This document shows, piece after piece, positions 41,643 through 51,423 of a DNA stretch of 64,000 nucleotides (the stretch's first letter is position 1; each line of letters begins with the position of its first letter). The DNA lies in NCBI GenBank assembly GCA_019694135.1, contig JAIBCM010000003.1, positions 198,626 through 262,625 of the forward strand, read 5' to 3'. A model generated the notes under the pieces. The model was not told the origin of the DNA and ran no database searches. It saw nothing but the letters and a program-made list of their open reading frames with translations. The position numbers and the translations under genes were made by a program. Source of the DNA: Verrucomicrobiia bacterium. Lineage in GTDB: Bacteria; Verrucomicrobiota; Verrucomicrobiia; JADLBR01; JAIBCM01.

Positions 41643-42477
41643 TCAAAAAATAATTACGCTGCTTTTCACTAATTGGCATTTCCATTTTTTCCATTACCAT
41701 TAGTAAATCCTCCCAAACTTTGCGTTTTTCAGTGTTGCTCTGATTTCTTAAAAGATAAGCGGGATGATAAGTTGGCATTACTGGGATATCTTGAAATTGA
41801 AGCCAGTGCCCACGCAATTTCCCAATCGGCGCTTCGACCCCTAAAAGACCAGTAACCGCCGTTGCACCCAACGCAATAATAGCTTTCGGTTGAATTAGTT
41901 CAATCTGCTCCTTGAGATAAGGTAAACAAGTGTTCATCTCTTCAATGGTTGGTTTACGATTGCCTGGCGCACCTGGCGGCATATCGGGACGACATTTCAA
42001 AACATTGGAAATATAAACTTCATCACGCGATAAATCCATTGCTTCCAACATTTTATTGAGTAATTGTCCAGCCCGCCCCACAAAAGGTTCCCCCAAACGA
42101 TCCTCATCCGCTCCAGGGGCTTCTCCAACCAACATCAATTGGGCATCAATATTGCCAATACCGAAAACAACCTGAGTGCGACTCCTGACAAGATGCGGAC
42201 ACTTTTGACAGACCAATGCAATGTTTTTTAAATGTTCAAGTTTCTTTTTTTTATCGTTTTCAGAAAGATGTTCATGATGCGTTTTTTCTGAATTTTCTTT
42301 TTTCATAGAGGATAGATTTGGAGTTATTTTGGAAAAATCCGCAACACTTGAAAATCGAATAAAACGATCTCCTCGTTTTTTGCGTTGCTCTAAATATTGC
42401 AAAAGAATTTCAGAAGTTTTTGCCATGACGCAGTTGCTCAAGTAAGTGAATAAAATCTTCGGGCAAACCCGCCTCAA
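41629..42477 (-). CDS. Uracil-DNA glycosylase, family 4 type
   Basis: GEAPGADEDRLGEPFVGRAGQLL motif and CxxC near N-terminus; true start may be internal. Confidence 0.75.
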   Translation of the reverse strand: MRRVCPKILFTYLSNCVMAKTSEILLQYLEQRKKRGDRFIRFSSVADFSKITPNLSSMKKENSEKTHHEHLSENDKKKKLEHLKNIALVCQKCPHLVRSRTQVVFGIGNIDAQLMLVGEAPGADEDRLGEPFVGRAGQLLNKMLEAMDLSRDEVYISNVLKCRPDMPPGAPGNRKPTIEEMNTCLPYLKEQIELIQPKAIIALGATAVTGLLGVEAPIGKLRGHWLQFQDIPVMPTYHPAYLLRNQSNTEKRKVWEDLLMVMEKMEMPISEKQRNYFLNANR

Positions 42478-43318
42478 TTACCATCTCTTTTTTAGTAAGA
42501 GGATGCTGAAAAATAAGTCGTCTCGCATGCAGCATTTGCCGAGGTGCTTGAGATGCAACTTTACCATAAAGTTTATCTCCAAGCACCGGACATCCTATGG
42601 AAAGCAAATGAACTCGGATTTGATGCGTACGCCCTGTTAAAATTTGACACTCTAAAAAGCTCGCAGCCTTGAATTTCTCTATTATTTTATATCGCGTAAT
42701 AGCTAGTTTGCCTTTTTTCGAAACTGCCATCTTTTTTCGATGAACGGGATGCCTCTCTATTGCTGATATAATTTCTCCTTCCGATTTCTTAGGGAAAGAT
42801 TGGGCTAAAACTTGATAAAATTTTTGAATTTTTCGATCCTTAAATTGCTGTGATAAAGCCTGATGAGCTTTATCAGTTTTAGTAACAAGCAACACGCCAC
42901 TTGTTTCCTTATCCAAACGATGAACGATTCCTGGCCTTTCCACACCACCGATCCCCGAAAGCGAGCCCCGGCAATGATGCAACAAAGCGTTAACCAGTGT
43001 CCCTTCAGAATGTCCAGGAGCCGGATGCACAACCAAACCCTGCGGTTTGTTAATTGCTAGAAATTCATCATCTTCATATAAAATCTGCAATGCAATTTCT
43101 TCGGGTTTCAAATTCAAAGATTGCATCGGCGGAAAATGAATCGTTATCTCATCTCCTATTCGAACTCGAATAGAAGATTTCGCCGATTTTTGATTTACTA
43201 AAATACACGAACCGCGAATTAATTGTTGAATCCGAGAGCGCGTTAATTCAGGATTTTTTTTAACCAACCATTGATCAACGCGCAACCCCGCTTCATCCAC
43301 AAATAAAACCCGATCCAT
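42410..43318 (-). CDS. RluA-family pseudouridine synthase (RluD-like)
   Basis: S4-like N-terminus and catalytic HRLDKETSGVLLV motif. Confidence 0.85.
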   Translation of the reverse strand: MDRVLFVDEAGLRVDQWLVKKNPELTRSRIQQLIRGSCILVNQKSAKSSIRVRIGDEITIHFPPMQSLNLKPEEIALQILYEDDEFLAINKPQGLVVHPAPGHSEGTLVNALLHHCRGSLSGIGGVERPGIVHRLDKETSGVLLVTKTDKAHQALSQQFKDRKIQKFYQVLAQSFPKKSEGEIISAIERHPVHRKKMAVSKKGKLAITRYKIIEKFKAASFLECQILTGRTHQIRVHLLSIGCPVLGDKLYGKVASQAPRQMLHARRLIFQHPLTKKEMVIEAGLPEDFIHLLEQLRHGKNF

Positions 43319-43337
43319 ATCAATGGATTACTCTAAC

Positions 43338-43814
43338 CTACTCAGGGAAAAATTTTTCAAATTTTACCGTGCCATCTGCCATAACAACGACATTTCCCGA
43401 AGAATATATCTGATTTTTTCCAACAAACAAATAAAGTTGATCTCGATCCTCTGCATAAAAAAAATCTTTAGGACAAACTCCACCATAAAAAAAATCTGGT
43501 AGATCACCTGCTTGATGTTTGGGCTGAGTCGGATCATACCAAGCCTCATCAGGAACACCATAAGCTTTAAGCTGCCTTTGCCACCATTTCATATCACTGG
43601 ACAATTGTTCCGTAGATTTTGCAGTTTCTGGATTCATATCATCAAACATTTTTTGCGCTCCAGAATAAAGTTGTTGAGCACGAGAGAGACACTTGGTTGT
43701 ATTAATGTGCTTACGAAACGTGAAAAATGTGGGTATTGAAATCCCTATCAACAATGCGATTAGAGACATTGTAATTAAAAGTTCTAAAAGAGTAAAAGCC
43801 TTTTGCGATTTCAA
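43338..43814 (-). CDS. Prepilin-type N-terminal cleavage/methylation domain protein (pseudopilin-like)
   Basis: N-terminus KAFTLLELLITMSLIALLIGI matches prepilin leader plus hydrophobic helix. Confidence 0.7.
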   Translation of the reverse strand: MKSQKAFTLLELLITMSLIALLIGISIPTFFTFRKHINTTKCLSRAQQLYSGAQKMFDDMNPETAKSTEQLSSDMKWWQRQLKAYGVPDEAWYDPTQPKHQAGDLPDFFYGGVCPKDFFYAEDRDQLYLFVGKNQIYSSGNVVVMADGTVKFEKFFPE

Positions 43815-43825
43815 ACCTTAAGACA

Positions 43826-44491
43826 TTAACGATAAACTTTCGTTGTGGGAATACCAAAAAAATTCGGAACAGTAGAGATTTTTTTTGCCTCAACTATAAC
43901 ACCTGGGACTGTTTTAGAACTTCTTATAATAGTAACCCCAGTTTGCCTATCAAAATCCACACGCATATTATTGTTATCAGAGGTGTACTCAACGTTACCT
44001 CTCATTATTTTTCCAGGCGCTTTTTTCTGATAAAACATTATTCCTTCAACTAATAATTCAGCTGAAAATCTTTGAATAAATGGAATTTCTACGGGGCCAA
44101 ATGAAAAGGTAATATTCCTATTTTTAGAATCACCTGGTATAGAAATAATATTAGTCCCAGAACCTAGGGTGCTTCCAAAAGGTAAAACCAAAACGGATCC
44201 TCGCGTATTAACTTTTCTTCCCGCAACAAATAAAAACCCTTGCAAAACTCGACCTTCATGAAATCCCAGGGGGCTAAAATTTAAAGTAAAAGTAAAAAGT
44301 CCTCCATTCAAAACAAAAGTAAAACCTTCTCCAGTAGTATCATTAAAAGTAATAGGAATACGTTGTGGTCCAATCATACATTGATAAGTTCCAACAATTT
44401 TAATATCTCGTTCAGCTTGGGCTTTAAGCTGAGTACTGTTAACAAACACTAATGTTAAAACAACAAGTAAAATTATGATTTTTTGTTTCAT
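43826..44491 (-). CDS. Hypothetical secreted protein
   Basis: Signal peptide (MKQKIIILLVVLTLVFVNSTQLKA); no recognised motifs; sits between secretin and prepilin-like genes. Confidence 0.45.
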   Translation of the reverse strand: MKQKIIILLVVLTLVFVNSTQLKAQAERDIKIVGTYQCMIGPQRIPITFNDTTGEGFTFVLNGGLFTFTLNFSPLGFHEGRVLQGFLFVAGRKVNTRGSVLVLPFGSTLGSGTNIISIPGDSKNRNITFSFGPVEIPFIQRFSAELLVEGIMFYQKKAPGKIMRGNVEYTSDNNNMRVDFDRQTGVTIIRSSKTVPGVIVEAKKISTVPNFFGIPTTKVYR

Positions 44492-44495
44492 AGAC

Positions 44496-46892
44496 TTAGC
44501 GGCTTGCAGTTTTTTGTGAAGGTATGACTAATGGTTCAGGTGGATTGACTAATTCTCCTGTTGGCGTAATTAATTTAGGGGTCACAAAAATCACCAAATT
44601 CTTTTTAATCGATTGCTCTACATCTGAACGAAAAAATCGACCTAAAAGAGGAATATCGCCAAGAATGGGAATCTTATCTTTAATTTTTTGAACATCTTCA
44701 CGTAATAAACCGCCTAAAATAACGGTGGACCCATCTTTAACCTGAACACTTGTCTCAATACGTCGAGAATTAAATACTGGCATATTAATAACGTTTTCAG
44801 TTAAAACAAAGGTTTGATCCCCATCAGCTACGGTCATAGGTGTACCATAATTAATAAATCCTTCAAAATCTTCGACCAAAGGAACAAGATTAAGATCAAT
44901 CGTTTGATTATCAGGACCAACCTCCGGGGTGACGTTTAAAATAACACCGACTTCTCTATCAGTAAAATTAGAAGGTTGTGCCGGAGTAATAACAGGCGGC
45001 GGTTGACTAATAAGATTATTAACGTCATTTGCTCCACCACTTGATGTGGTAGGAGGCAATTCAGGAGCATCATAAGTATCAGCATAAGAAAATCGACGAA
45101 CAATTTTTATGGTAGCTTGTTCACCACTACGAGCCACCACTTTCGGCGCTGACAAAAGATCGACTGATTTTTTCTGAGCTAAAGTTCGGATTAAAACATC
45201 AATATTATATTTGGCAATACCCACAGCAAAATTAAAGCTATTGGGTATAGGTCTCGCATCAATACCGTTATTTTGAGAAAGCAAAGCATCGACTGAATTA
45301 GGTTTGATATGAGCCGAACTTCGTAATCCATCAAAATGGTTTAATCCATCCATATCAAGAGGGGAAAAATTACCTGATGGACGAGTATAATTTCCCTCTT
45401 TCACTACGTTCATTGCAATCGAAAGTTCATCAAAATCGGTTTGATTAAGTTCGATAAACTTGGCCTCAATTTCAACCTGAGCAGGAATATCGGTTGGAGA
45501 ACCAACTAAGGCATCAATGAGCTCCAAATTAGCCGGAGAATTTCGAACAGTCAATTTACTGGACGCTGAAGAATAAGAAGCGCTAGCGCCTTCAGGAAAA
45601 GTAACACCTCGTGATTCTAAAACTTTTCGAATATCGGTTTCTCGCTCAAATTGCACTTTTTCCATAAGAGAACGACTAAAAGATCTTCGTGTGCGAGAAC
45701 CCCCTTGTTGTTCTCCACCCGTTTCAACATTAAAAAAGTCTGGTTTAACACGATACTCTTTGGTCAATAACTGATCGGTTGGCGCTGTTAAAGGAAGAAT
45801 ACTCACCGAAAACTCATCCATTTGATATTTTAAATTGGCTAAACGCGTCGCATAACGAATGACTTCCTCTAAAGGAACACTCTGAAGATTTAATGTTACC
45901 TCAGATCCCATTGAGTCAGGAGTTAAACGCGAAACAAAATTAATACCCTTTCTTTCGGGATCGAGTTCTTTACTTTTTACATTGAGAAAATCAATAACAT
46001 CTAAAATGCTAGCTCGATCAAAAGCTACTTGAGGCAGAATAATCGTTTTTAATTTTCTGCTAAGATTTTCTACATTGGAACGTGTTAAAGGGGCATTGGC
46101 AAAAATTCCGGAATCCGAAATCACATCTTTGGGAATGGGCATTTCCCATTTTTCAGTAACTTCAGTCATGCCTTGAAAACGAGCTACTTCTTGAGCTTTT
46201 TTAGCATAACGCAACTTATGATCTAACACCTTATCTAATCGCTTACGTGCCGTGCTATTGAAAGGATCGATCGTCAAAATTTGCTGATATTTTTTCTCTG
46301 CCTCATCAAATTGAGCCGTGTCCAATAAATCATCACCCTCTTGCAACAAAGTATTCACATCTGCCACATCTTTTAAATAACGCGGAGTAATAGCAGGATT
46401 ATCACGTTCAATCATGGGCTTACCCTCTTGATCTAAAGCAATACCCATCGCAGCATACAAACTCGCTCGCTCTGCTTGAATGCGAGAATCTTTAGGCGCA
46501 AAAGATAACGCTTCATCAGCATTCGCTCTAGCTTCATCCAAAAGGTTGGCTTTTAAATTTTCATGAGCTAATTGTATCAAGGCAACGGCTGCCCCATCAT
46601 AAGCCTTATTTTGCAACGGCGCGGTCGCCGGAGAAGGAGCCGGTAAAAGAGCTACAATCGCACGATATTTTTCTAAAGCTTCTTTATAACCTTGCGCTTC
46701 TAACAAAGCATTTCCCTCTCTGAGTAAAGCAGTTCCTCGAATCACAGCTTGTTGACGCTTTAATACTGCAGTTTGAGAAGCTTTTTGTGCGCTGATATAA
46801 TCGGACTGATCAACATTCCCATTCCCTAGCAAAGCCAAAGGTGCTATACCTAATAAAAAGAAACAAAAAATTTTATAATAACAAAGTTTCAT
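44496..46892 (-). CDS. Secretin-family outer-membrane channel protein (PilQ/GspD-like), copy 2
   Basis: C-terminal secretin signature (VILGGLLREDVQKIKDKIPILGDIPLLGRFFRS); signal peptide; TPR-like N-terminal region. Confidence 0.8.
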   Translation of the reverse strand: MKLCYYKIFCFFLLGIAPLALLGNGNVDQSDYISAQKASQTAVLKRQQAVIRGTALLREGNALLEAQGYKEALEKYRAIVALLPAPSPATAPLQNKAYDGAAVALIQLAHENLKANLLDEARANADEALSFAPKDSRIQAERASLYAAMGIALDQEGKPMIERDNPAITPRYLKDVADVNTLLQEGDDLLDTAQFDEAEKKYQQILTIDPFNSTARKRLDKVLDHKLRYAKKAQEVARFQGMTEVTEKWEMPIPKDVISDSGIFANAPLTRSNVENLSRKLKTIILPQVAFDRASILDVIDFLNVKSKELDPERKGINFVSRLTPDSMGSEVTLNLQSVPLEEVIRYATRLANLKYQMDEFSVSILPLTAPTDQLLTKEYRVKPDFFNVETGGEQQGGSRTRRSFSRSLMEKVQFERETDIRKVLESRGVTFPEGASASYSSASSKLTVRNSPANLELIDALVGSPTDIPAQVEIEAKFIELNQTDFDELSIAMNVVKEGNYTRPSGNFSPLDMDGLNHFDGLRSSAHIKPNSVDALLSQNNGIDARPIPNSFNFAVGIAKYNIDVLIRTLAQKKSVDLLSAPKVVARSGEQATIKIVRRFSYADTYDAPELPPTTSSGGANDVNNLISQPPPVITPAQPSNFTDREVGVILNVTPEVGPDNQTIDLNLVPLVEDFEGFINYGTPMTVADGDQTFVLTENVINMPVFNSRRIETSVQVKDGSTVILGGLLREDVQKIKDKIPILGDIPLLGRFFRSDVEQSIKKNLVIFVTPKLITPTGELVNPPEPLVIPSQKTASR

Positions 46893-49454
46893 TTATTTCA
46901 TCCTTCCCTGAGGCTCATTTACTATCCTCAACTCCTGAGGCTCTTGAGTCGAATCCCAACGAGGAACCTCAGCAAAAGTAGGATTATTATCAAAGCTTTG
47001 TGTATCTTCAAAATTACGTTTATTAAAAAGTTCTCCATCAGATCGAATCAAATTACAGGTAACAAAAATCAACAGATTCTTTTTAATGCTTTGATCAATT
47101 TTCGAACGGAAAAGACGCCCTAATAATGGTAAATCGCCCAGTAAAGGAATTTTATCATCAACTTTTTGAATGTCTTCCCGGATTAATCCACCTAATAAAA
47201 CTGTTTGACCATCTTCAATACTCAATCGCGTTTTAACCTCTCGATAATTAAAAACAGGTGTGTTAATAATATTATCAGCGACTTTAACTGCTTGAGACGT
47301 TCCCAAGTCTAAAGCATTAATAGGATTTCCATAATTAATGAATCCTTCAAAATCGACAACTCTAGGTGTTAACTGAAGATCAATCGTTTGATTATCAGGA
47401 TAAAGTTGAGGATTGACCGTCAAAATGACGCCGATCTGCTCATTTTTAAAAGTCGAAGGAGTTGAAGGAGTCACAGCACGGTAGCCATTTCCACTCGGCA
47501 ACTGTGAAATAGACGCATCAATTTGAGGTGGCTCAATAGCTTGAGGATCAGGATAAAAAAAGTCGCGAGCAATACGAATTTCAGCATCTTGAGAAGGTTT
47601 AGTGACTACTTTGGGCACAGCTAAAAGATCAGCACCCGTTTTTTGTGAAAGCGCATAAACTAACAATTCAAACTTATACTTACTTAATGAAATCGCACTT
47701 TGAAACGCTGTTCCTAAAGGCCCTGCAAAAGCGGTAGCGGCTCCTGCTAATAAAGCATCAAAAGTATTAGCATTAATAGCATTTCCTCCCACTGCTAAAT
47801 CTACCGGTAATCCCAAAACCTCCGTTGAAGCCGAAGGAGCTGAAGTTCTTAAACCAGGAGTATCAGTTGGAGCCGATTGAGAACGTCCTCTTCGATTAAT
47901 ATTCCAACGGAAAGAAAGCTCATCCAAATCAGTCTGATTCACCTCCATAAAACGAGTTTCGATTTGAACCTGAGGAACTTCCTGACTTTCCGAACTAATC
48001 ACACTTTCAATCAAAGCTAAATTATCCAATGTATTTCGAACTACGAGCAAACTTCCATTCGACAAATAATTAGCCGAGGAGCCGGGAGGAAATTGAACAC
48101 CATAAGTTTCTAATTTTGTCTTCACTTCTTCACGAGCAATATTGACTGATTCACTTAACGTGCCACCGTCCTTGCTCTCAATTTTCGCGCCAATAAAACC
48201 CGCTGGCACTTGGAACGTGCGAGTAAATAACGCCTCAATATTTTCTGAAGCCGGCGCCACTAAAACTGCATATTCCTCCACTTTATAGATCAAATCCGCT
48301 TGTTTTGCGATAAGATCCAAAACCGCGGCCAAAGGCAAATTTTCTAAGTTCAAAGTAATGCGACGCGCATCAATCGTTTCAATCGAAACCTGCTCGCCAG
48401 CGCTCGGTTGACTTTCTGCAGCATCTGAAACAGTTGCAATCGTGGTCTTCAAAACAAAATTCAAACCTTGCCCAGTCGGATCTAACTCTTTGGATTTAGC
48501 CTGTAAAAAAGTCACCGCTTCTTCCACCGATGCTTCGTCAAAATTAATTTTATCAATAATAATATTGTTTAACTTTTCCTCAATACGTGCCGTATTCGAC
48601 AAACTCGCAGCAGAAACACTTCTCTCTTCGCGAGGCTTCAAAATATTACGATTCACCGGATTACTCCAAGCTTTCGTCACTTCATAAAGCATTTCTTTAC
48701 GACTATTCTCTTTAGCATCTTTGGCATATTTCAAACGCAGTTGAGAAACTCGCTTCAAACCGTCCTGTGCAGCCTTATTATAAGGATCAATCGCCAAAAC
48801 CTTTTTAAAGTTTTCTTCTGACTTAATATATTGCCCAGTTTCGCGCTGTTTTTCGCCTAAATCCAAAAGCCGTTTCACTTCTCCAACAGCTTGCACAAAC
48901 TCAGGTGTCACTGCAGAATTGGGCTCAATTACCAATCCCTCACCCGATTGTTTTTGAATCGTCTTAGCAAGTTTCTGCAACTCCTTATCTTCAGGAGAAT
49001 AAGCTAACGCCTCAGAAACATAGCCTCCTGCTGTCTGAAATTTTCGCGTTTCCAAAGCCTCCTCAGCCAAACGCATATTAGCCATCGTCAACCCCTCAGC
49101 CGCAGCCTGATAAAGATCGAAAGTATTCGTTGTCATCGGCAAATTCTGCAAAACAAAACGATAACGATCCGCTGCAGAAACATATTCTTTAGCGGAATAA
49201 AGCTGTTCGCCTTCCACTAAAGCTTTTTTGCTGCCAGTAAAAAGTTTTTGTCGTCGCGCTGTTTCATTTTGCAAAGCGCGATCAACTGCTGCATTTTCAG
49301 CATAAACCATGTTTTGCGTCAAAAAAATGGAACCTAAGAAAAAACCAAGACAAAAGAAACGATTGCTACCCTTCAATCTCATAAAGTAAGTCGATAGTGA
49401 ATAGAGCCTTTCTTGAATGCAAGAATTAATTTCCCTTATTTTTAAAATATTCAA
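46893..49454 (-). CDS. Secretin-family outer-membrane channel protein (PilQ/GspD-like), copy 1
   Basis: C-terminal secretin signature (VLLGGLIREDIQKVDDKIPLLGDLPLLGRLFRS); paralogous throughout to copy 2; start possibly the internal Met before the hydrophobic segment. Confidence 0.8.
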   Translation of the reverse strand: MNILKIREINSCIQERLYSLSTYFMRLKGSNRFFCLGFFLGSIFLTQNMVYAENAAVDRALQNETARRQKLFTGSKKALVEGEQLYSAKEYVSAADRYRFVLQNLPMTTNTFDLYQAAAEGLTMANMRLAEEALETRKFQTAGGYVSEALAYSPEDKELQKLAKTIQKQSGEGLVIEPNSAVTPEFVQAVGEVKRLLDLGEKQRETGQYIKSEENFKKVLAIDPYNKAAQDGLKRVSQLRLKYAKDAKENSRKEMLYEVTKAWSNPVNRNILKPREERSVSAASLSNTARIEEKLNNIIIDKINFDEASVEEAVTFLQAKSKELDPTGQGLNFVLKTTIATVSDAAESQPSAGEQVSIETIDARRITLNLENLPLAAVLDLIAKQADLIYKVEEYAVLVAPASENIEALFTRTFQVPAGFIGAKIESKDGGTLSESVNIAREEVKTKLETYGVQFPPGSSANYLSNGSLLVVRNTLDNLALIESVISSESQEVPQVQIETRFMEVNQTDLDELSFRWNINRRGRSQSAPTDTPGLRTSAPSASTEVLGLPVDLAVGGNAINANTFDALLAGAATAFAGPLGTAFQSAISLSKYKFELLVYALSQKTGADLLAVPKVVTKPSQDAEIRIARDFFYPDPQAIEPPQIDASISQLPSGNGYRAVTPSTPSTFKNEQIGVILTVNPQLYPDNQTIDLQLTPRVVDFEGFINYGNPINALDLGTSQAVKVADNIINTPVFNYREVKTRLSIEDGQTVLLGGLIREDIQKVDDKIPLLGDLPLLGRLFRSKIDQSIKKNLLIFVTCNLIRSDGELFNKRNFEDTQSFDNNPTFAEVPRWDSTQEPQELRIVNEPQGRMK

Positions 49455-49460
49455 AATTAA

Positions 49461-50426
49461 TTATTGACTTGGAATCTGTAGCATTTCCTTTTCCGTGCCA
49501 TCTTCCGATAAAGCCATAATCTCCGCACCGGTTTCACTCAAATTTTTCACGCGATAATTTATTCCGCGAAACGTAATCTCTTGAGCTTTTTCTACAGGAT
49601 AATTTTTATTTTCTAATAAATCTACCAACGTTCCCGTTAAAATGGGCGCATCCGACACCTGTTTCATTACCAACGTTAAACGTTCGCCTGTCACCTCATT
49701 CACCACGTCCAACTCCGATTCATCATAAGGCAACATCACTCCTTGCATTTTAGGATTTTCTCGTTCCCCTTTTTTCTCGCGATATTCTTCCACTCGCCAA
49801 TCTTCAAACTTATCACCTTTTTTCACAGAATTGGAACGATGTCTTCGATCGCGCGGATGGGAAAGCTTGACTTGGAAAAATGTCTGTCCTCCCACTTCGT
49901 TGACCCCAGTAAACTCCAGCGAATACGGTTTCGCCTCAAAATTCGTCAAACGCAATTTCGTTGTAAAAGGGGGATGCGATTCCGCCTTCAAGGGATCCGT
50001 CTTGCCCAAATACTCATCCTTATTCGTAAAACCATCTTTATCGGGATCCTGATCTGCGACGGTTGGATCACTCAGACTAAAACCATACTGTTCTTTCCAC
50101 AATGGCGCAATCCCATCAACCCCCGCTTCATCAGGTCGATACAATTTCAACTTACGCTCATCCGCCAACCATTCCAACTTTCGAGAAATAAACAAACGAT
50201 GCCCATTCTCAGCAGCCTTCCACTCCTCATTTTGATCCAACTCTTTTCCCAAATCTTGATATTGATCCAAATCCTCACGGACCTTTGCATTGCCACCCAA
50301 CACTTCCGCCACCGCTTGGGGAGGAGCTGTAGAAAAAGACAACGCTTTAAAAATGGCGACGCCCAATAAAATTAACAACACGCTAAACAACAACGTCCAT
50401 TCAATATTTTTTTTTGCCCAATTCAT
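49461..50426 (-). CDS. Hypothetical membrane-anchored protein (possible PilP-like component)
   Basis: N-terminal TM helix; position between pilO-like gene and secretin; assignment by context only. Confidence 0.4.
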   Translation of the reverse strand: MNWAKKNIEWTLLFSVLLILLGVAIFKALSFSTAPPQAVAEVLGGNAKVREDLDQYQDLGKELDQNEEWKAAENGHRLFISRKLEWLADERKLKLYRPDEAGVDGIAPLWKEQYGFSLSDPTVADQDPDKDGFTNKDEYLGKTDPLKAESHPPFTTKLRLTNFEAKPYSLEFTGVNEVGGQTFFQVKLSHPRDRRHRSNSVKKGDKFEDWRVEEYREKKGERENPKMQGVMLPYDESELDVVNEVTGERLTLVMKQVSDAPILTGTLVDLLENKNYPVEKAQEITFRGINYRVKNLSETGAEIMALSEDGTEKEMLQIPSQ

Positions 50427-51394
50427 TTTTTAACACTCACATTTTCATCACTCTGCCAATTAATATAATCAATTCTCATCGTAATGCGAATCGTCTCCTC
50501 ACCTAAAATCAAATTAGCCGCCACACTTTTAGGACCTTCCGAAGTTGCGCCCTTAGTCTTCAAATCCTCTACTGTCGGCGGTTCCCCTCGTTCATTAATA
50601 ACCTCCAAAGAACGCACTATCCAAAAAGGCTGAGCGCCATTTTCCTGGCCTTCCCCACCTCTTTCATTCAAAGCATCCACAATTTTTCTCAAACTCGTAT
50701 CCGTTCCGACAAATTGAAAAACAAATGGAAGAGTTCGATAAAAAAGCCCTTCGCGATCCAATGACATAGCGGGCAACAACTCTCCCAACTCCCCCTCACT
50801 TCCACGCACAGGTTGTCGAGTTGCTGCGGCCGCTCCAGAACTTTGGGTTAGCAAATCTTCCACAGGCAAACGCGACACACTCTTTAACTCATTAATTCCC
50901 GATTCAAATAACAACTGCGTCAACCGCTCAATAATTCTCAACTCTTGCGTTAAAAACACCGTCGCCTCCGGCGCTGGAATACTGGTTAAATAGCGACCAA
51001 ACCCAAACGAAAAATTTTCTGGTAATGTAACAGGATTTCTTGCCTTTTGCGCCATCTCCACCAAACGATCGCGCGTATTGCGAAATTCCGTTTGAAAATC
51101 GATCGGATTCAAAGCCTCGCCTTGAATTTGTCCCTGCTTCAATTCAGCAATAGCCGGCTGTAAATAACTTTCCAACTGCTGCGCCTTCTCCTGATAAACT
51201 TTCGTATTGGCCTCACTCGGAAACACCGATTGCCCACGATAACGCGATAACGTCATCGCCTGCGACTCCAAATCCGTATTCAACGAACTCACCCGTTGCC
51301 CTTCATGCCACCAAAAATAACCGCCCACTGCACTAATCACTATCGCCACCAACAGCGCCTGAGAAGTTTCACGATTTTTCTTAAACCAATCCAT
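50423..51394 (-). CDS. PilO-like pilus assembly protein (putative)
   Basis: N-terminal TM helix followed by coiled-coil-like region; follows pilM-pilN fusion; 4-nt overlap with downstream gene. Confidence 0.45.
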   Translation of the reverse strand: MDWFKKNRETSQALLVAIVISAVGGYFWWHEGQRVSSLNTDLESQAMTLSRYRGQSVFPSEANTKVYQEKAQQLESYLQPAIAELKQGQIQGEALNPIDFQTEFRNTRDRLVEMAQKARNPVTLPENFSFGFGRYLTSIPAPEATVFLTQELRIIERLTQLLFESGINELKSVSRLPVEDLLTQSSGAAAATRQPVRGSEGELGELLPAMSLDREGLFYRTLPFVFQFVGTDTSLRKIVDALNERGGEGQENGAQPFWIVRSLEVINERGEPPTVEDLKTKGATSEGPKSVAANLILGEETIRITMRIDYINWQSDENVSVKK

Positions 51395-51423
51395 ATTACT
51401 TTTTTCTCATTTCTCTATTTTTC

